From: a virus
Lineage: Duplodnaviria > Caudoviricetes
Virus record (IMG/VR): IMGVR_UViG_3300031227_000332
Location: 1 to 27,353 of that record
DNA length: 27,353 nt
Reading direction: 5' to 3' (one strand)
Part shown: positions 23,918 to 27,353 of the stretch, one piece after another
Layout of the letters: each line of letters opens with the position of its first letter
Numbering within the stretch: position 1 is the stretch's first letter
The notes under the pieces: generated by a model
What the model was told of the DNA's origin: nothing
Seen by the model: only the letters and a program-made list of their open reading frames with translations
Databases searched by the model: none
Made by a program: the position numbers and the translations under genes

Positions 23918-24688
23918 ATGGCAACAAAGAGGATGGTTTCAAGTTCATTACCAAACAGTAAAAAAATGAGAAAATTAAAAGACGATACCACGAGACTTCT
24001 TTTTTATGTTTTGTGTGTAAGGTGTGATGATGACGGTAAAATGGATGCTGACCCAGAAGATTTAAGGGCTGATTATTTTGGTGGTAGAGATAAAATTAAG
24101 ATACAAAATGTTGACTATATGTTAACAGACCTAGCCATGAATGACTTGATTGTTTACTATGAAGATAAAAACACAAGTGTTAAAATGTTGTCAATTCCTA
24201 AGTGGAAAAAGTACAACAAAATATCAAAAGATAGATATCAACCGTCTGAAATACCTTGTTATTCTAAAGATAACCACAACTTGTTGCCAGAATGTTTACA
24301 AAATGTTAACAAAATGTCGCATAGTATAGAAGAGAATAGAGTAGTTAAGAGTAGTATAGAAGAGAAGAGTAAACCTTCTTTGTCTCAAACAAGTTTGACA
24401 CTTAGTAAGAAATTTCTTAACTGTATTTTAGAAGAAAATGAAAAATCTAAATTTAGTCATATGGATTGTTTAAGCCTTGATAAGCAAGAACTAAAGTGGG
24501 CTGAAGATATAGACAAAATGATTCGTATTGATAAACGTACTGAAAACGACATAGAAAAGGTTATTGTTTTTGCAACGTCTGATTCATTCTGGAAAGGTAA
24601 TATCTTGTCGGCAAGTAAGTTAAGAAAGCAATTTGATCAGTTATATGTAAAGATGCAAACACCAAAAAAAGAAAGTGAGTATGTATGA
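23918..24688 (+). CDS. Phage replication initiation protein (O-like)
   Basis: N-terminal MATKRM...DDDG winged-helix-like region, low-complexity linker, C-terminal MIRIDKRT...DSFW..NILS..KLRKQFDQL typical of phage initiators. Confidence 0.8.
   Translation: MATKRMVSSSLPNSKKMRKLKDDTTRLLFYVLCVRCDDDGKMDADPEDLRADYFGGRDKIKIQNVDYMLTDLAMNDLIVYYEDKNTSVKMLSIPKWKKYNKISKDRYQPSEIPCYSKDNHNLLPECLQNVNKMSHSIEENRVVKSSIEEKSKPSLSQTSLTLSKKFLNCILEENEKSKFSHMDCLSLDKQELKWAEDIDKMIRIDKRTENDIEKVIVFATSDSFWKGNILSASKLRKQFDQLYVKMQTPKKESEYV
24281..24366 (+). repeat. Probable origin/iteron region within initiator gene
   Basis: 11-bp period TTGTTGCCAGA/ATGTTTACAAA/ATGTTAACAAA/ATGTCGCATAG, then TAGTATAGAAGAGAA twice (24322, 24352). 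Confidence 0.55.
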
Positions 24689-25149
24689 TATCACAACAAA
24701 AATTTGAAGATGAATTCAGCAAAATGATTAATCTTTGTGGCTTGATAGTAAAAAGAGAAGCTATAAGCATGTATTACGACAAATTAAAATATGACAATGA
24801 ACTTGCCGTATTTAAGGGAATGGAACATGTCATAGAAGATCCGCCAAATAAACTTACCTTGTCAGCGTTAAAATCTCATATAAGCCAAACTAAGATAGGA
24901 GAGACCACTAAAAAGTGGAATGGTAAGCTATGTGATGCTGAAGGATGTGAAATGGGCTGTGTATCTGTTGTACGCAACGGCATGAGTTTTGTGTTTAGAT
25001 GTAATAAATGCAGATCTTATAATGTTAAATCTTATCCATATAACACACCGGAAAACATCTTTGCACTTGAAAACAGGTTAAAAGAGATTAAAAAAGGTGT
25101 TGATGGTGGAAATTCAATATTTGTTAATAGAGAGAGCAGAATAAACTAA
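24685..25149 (+). CDS. Putative helicase-loader/P-like replication protein with zinc finger
   Basis: Directly after the initiator (ATGA overlap); helical N-terminus; C..C..GC and CNKC motifs. Confidence 0.5.
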   Translation: MISQQKFEDEFSKMINLCGLIVKREAISMYYDKLKYDNELAVFKGMEHVIEDPPNKLTLSALKSHISQTKIGETTKKWNGKLCDAEGCEMGCVSVVRNGMSFVFRCNKCRSYNVKSYPYNTPENIFALENRLKEIKKGVDGGNSIFVNRESRIN

Positions 25150-25340
25150 TGATTTATGCCGGTAAAAAATACAAGGTTTCAAGAAAAGATAAAGGTGAAT
25201 TTATCGGAAGAATTGTATACGTTGGAATTAAGGTTATTTTTGTTGAGGTTGTGGGTGGCTTTCTTAGTGGAAAAATGTTGGTGGGGGATCATGTAAGAAT
25301 AACGTTAATGGCTACAAAATTCAAACTAATTGAGGACTAA
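25149..25340 (+). CDS. Hypothetical small beta protein
   Basis: TAATG coupling. Confidence 0.6.
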   Translation: MIYAGKKYKVSRKDKGEFIGRIVYVGIKVIFVEVVGGFLSGKMLVGDHVRITLMATKFKLIED

Positions 25341-25529
25341 ACTAATGACAATACCATTAAAAAAAGAACCAAACTGGATGGCTAAAGAATTTGGTGTGGT
25401 TGAAAGATGTGTGTTTTGTGGAAATCATACAAAAATGTGGCATATAAAAACAAGTAACCCCGTGTGTAAAATTTGTGCAAAAAAACATAAAGTTTGTGAA
25501 TTGATAGATATTGAGGACTAAACTAATGA
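25329..25529 (+). repeat. Perfect 20-bp direct repeat ATTGAGGACTAAACTAATGA (25329-25348 and 25510-25529)
   Basis: Read directly; brackets one gene. Confidence 0.95.
25345..25521 (+). CDS. Small zinc-finger protein (58 aa)
   Basis: GAGGA RBS, ATG 25345; CVFC...CKIC. Confidence 0.65.
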   Translation: MTIPLKKEPNWMAKEFGVVERCVFCGNHTKMWHIKTSNPVCKICAKKHKVCELIDIED

Positions 25530-25855
25530 AAAACAAATTCAACGCTATAAAGACAACAGTTGACGGCATAACATTTCATAGTGGTAAAGAAGCTAAAAGA
25601 TATGTTATTCTTAAACAGACAGAGAAAAATGGTGTGATATCTAAACTAGAATTGCAGCCAAAGTTTATACTTCAGGATAAATTCACTAAAAAAGGTAAAA
25701 AATATCATGCTATAACATACAAGGCAGATTTTAGATATATGTTTGACGGTAGAGAAGTTATTGAGGATGTAAAGGGATTCATGACCGAAACATTTAAGTT
25801 AAAAAGAAAGTTATTTGAATATAAATACCCAGAATTAACATTATTAATAACATAG
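25526..25855 (+). CDS. DUF1064-like PD-(D/E)XK endonuclease
   Basis: NKFNAIKTTVDGITFHSGKEAKRY...LELQPKF.L...YKADF.Y....VIEDVKG..T..FKLKRKLF. Confidence 0.9.
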   Translation: MKNKFNAIKTTVDGITFHSGKEAKRYVILKQTEKNGVISKLELQPKFILQDKFTKKGKKYHAITYKADFRYMFDGREVIEDVKGFMTETFKLKRKLFEYKYPELTLLIT

Positions 25856-25866
25856 GAGGGAGAGAA

Positions 25867-26229
25867 ATGAAACATTCAGATTTTAAAGATGGTACAGCCC
25901 ATGAGCTTATACCTATTGATGTTCCTGCTGGGTATTCTTTTGCAGGAGAAACTACTAATGGCAACGGTAAAGTAGGCGCATTATTTTTAAAAGATGGTAT
26001 AGCCTGGCATATATGGTGTAAATACACCAAATGTAAAGAATATACTTTTACTTGCTCTGAGTGTGGGGGTAGTGGTGAAATAAAACATCCACACCAATTT
26101 TTAATGTGTAGTAAAAAACAGCAATTTATAAAATGCCCTTCCTGCAAAGGTAAACCCACAATCAAAGCAGAACAAGAGACAAAAGTTGTTAATAATAACT
26201 TCTCAGTAACATGGAAAGAGGTGATGTAA
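25867..26229 (+). CDS. Hypothetical protein with DnaJ-type CxxCxGxG zinc finger
   Basis: CSECGGSG...CPSCKGK; AGGAGG RBS. Confidence 0.7.
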   Translation: MKHSDFKDGTAHELIPIDVPAGYSFAGETTNGNGKVGALFLKDGIAWHIWCKYTKCKEYTFTCSECGGSGEIKHPHQFLMCSKKQQFIKCPSCKGKPTIKAEQETKVVNNNFSVTWKEVM

Positions 26230-26388
26230 GTGGTATTTAAAATACATTGGACGTTGAACAAAGTTGACGATTATGCGGTAGTTGAGGGTGACAGCATTAA
26301 AGAGATCCAAGAAAAAGCTAAGGTGATTGAAACTAGGAGAGGGTTAAATCCAATTGATAATAATATGTGGAGTGAAGAAATTAAATAA
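26230..26388 (+). CDS. Hypothetical 52-aa protein (not in ORF track)
   Basis: GTG start after GAGGTG; MVFKIHWTLNKVDDYAVVEGDSIKEIQEKAKVIETRRGLNPIDNNMWSEEIK. Confidence 0.6.
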   Translation: MVFKIHWTLNKVDDYAVVEGDSIKEIQEKAKVIETRRGLNPIDNNMWSEEIK

Positions 26389-26407
26389 CATGGAAAGAGG
26401 TGGTGTG

Positions 26408-26707
26408 ATGAATGAGATACAAGAGATAATATATGATTTGCAAGGAGTTCTATGTAATCCAGATGGAGAACCCTGCATTGGTGGAAGTAACGCAGACAAT
26501 GAAGTGATCTGCAATGTATTTAAAAAGTTAGAAGAACTATCAAACAAAGACACTGAGATACTTGATATGATTGATATGTATATCAAAAATTATAAAGGCA
26601 TGAATATTGGGTTTCATAAAACGTCCAAAGAAATGTTGCTTGATAATGAACAAAGAGCTTACAACATAAGAGATTTAATAACCAAAGCAATAAAGGATGG
26701 ATCATGA
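26408..26707 (+). CDS. Hypothetical protein
   Basis: GAGGTG RBS before ATG 26408. Confidence 0.65.
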   Translation: MNEIQEIIYDLQGVLCNPDGEPCIGGSNADNEVICNVFKKLEELSNKDTEILDMIDMYIKNYKGMNIGFHKTSKEMLLDNEQRAYNIRDLITKAIKDGS

Positions 26708-27057
26708 GCAAAATAAGACCAGTCGAGGTTAAAATTAATATCAGCCGTGTAAGTGCTAGATCAGGTGGAAGTATTGGTGCAAGTTTTTCAACTCCAATGC
26801 TTGAAAAAGAAGAGCGAAATGCTATGCTTGACCTACATGATGTGGATTGTAAGGCTTTTTTTGTTCCACTTAACTCTGATGAAAACATTGAAATTATAAA
26901 GATTGACTCTGATTTACATAAGAAAACACAATCTGAAAGAATAAGGGGATGTCTTTATAGATTATGGGAACAAGACAAAAAACCTTGTGAATGGGAAACA
27001 TATTATAAGAATAAAACTGAAATGATAATCGAGTGGATTAAGGGTAAACTTAATTAA
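26704..27057 (+). CDS. Conserved hypothetical phage protein
   Basis: KTQSERIRGCLYRLWEQ...ETYY...TE.II; ATGA overlap. Confidence 0.7.
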   Translation: MSKIRPVEVKINISRVSARSGGSIGASFSTPMLEKEERNAMLDLHDVDCKAFFVPLNSDENIEIIKIDSDLHKKTQSERIRGCLYRLWEQDKKPCEWETYYKNKTEMIIEWIKGKLN

Positions 27058-27079
27058 TCCCAGATCCGGAAAGGGTGGA

Positions 27080-27353
27080 ATGATGCAGTTAATTTTAGGT
27101 GATTGTTTAGAAGAAATGCAGAACATACCTGATAAGTCTGTTGATTTAGTATTGACAGATCCCCCTTATGGTATAGATATTGGGAACCAAAGTCAAGGCA
27201 AGGGCGGTGGTGTGGCTAGAAAAATAGATTATGGCGTGAATGATTGGGATAAAGCAACACCCACACAAGAAGTTTTTAATGAAATGTTTAGAATATCAAA
27301 GAATCAAATCATATTTGGTGGCAACTATTTTATTGAGTTTCTGCATAATTCAC
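27080..27353 (+). CDS. DNA N6-adenine/N4-cytosine methyltransferase (beta class), 5' part
   Basis: LILGDCLEEM..IPDKSVDLVLTDPPYG...WD......F.EMFRISKNQIIFGGNYF; runs off the window. Confidence 0.9.
   Translation, partial: MMQLILGDCLEEMQNIPDKSVDLVLTDPPYGIDIGNQSQGKGGGVARKIDYGVNDWDKATPTQEVFNEMFRISKNQIIFGGNYFIEFLHNS

Noticed and set aside
1-27353. Genome-wide TGA reassignment (code 4 or 25) as the explanation for the TGA at 14146
   Set aside because: Many genes end in TGA with ATGA start/stop overlaps (3571, 9149, 21519, 24688), and TGG is used for Trp.
1-27353. tRNA genes, including tRNA-Sec
   Set aside because: No cloverleaf with a GTTCRA T-arm found in the intergenic spaces by eye.

Overview
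AT-rich bacteriophage genome segment with P22/Sf6-like (podovirus) organisation. Plus-strand late block (1-14322): 3' end of a gp10-like tail hub, a 1096-aa protein in the gp26 tail-needle slot, gp14-like, three ejection proteins (gp7/gp20/gp16-like; the last carries an inserted ADP-ribosyltransferase-like domain), a tailspike with a P22-type head-binding domain, three more signal-peptide proteins (one an SGNH esterase) and a lysis cassette (holin-like, M15 peptidase, phospholipase-A2-like ORF). Minus-strand early operon (14328-20820): small genes and a Sak4-like ATPase, punctuated by repeated stem-loops. A divergent sigma70 promoter pair follows, then a plus-strand operon (Cro-like HTH, DEDD exonuclease, DUF3310-like, DUF1937/DUF4406-like, replication initiator with a structured leader, DUF1064-like, DNA methyltransferase). 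No integrase or CI repressor is visible. Top leads: (1) a PLA2-like lysis-cassette gene absent from the ORF track, with an in-frame TGA at a conserved Cys position followed by a SECIS-like hairpin (candidate phage selenoprotein); (2) a tailspike and three neighbours with export signal peptides; (3) an ART-like cassette in an ejected protein; (4) a kissing-loop/leader-peptide element ahead of the replication gene. All family calls are from motif recognition by eye; no searches were run.
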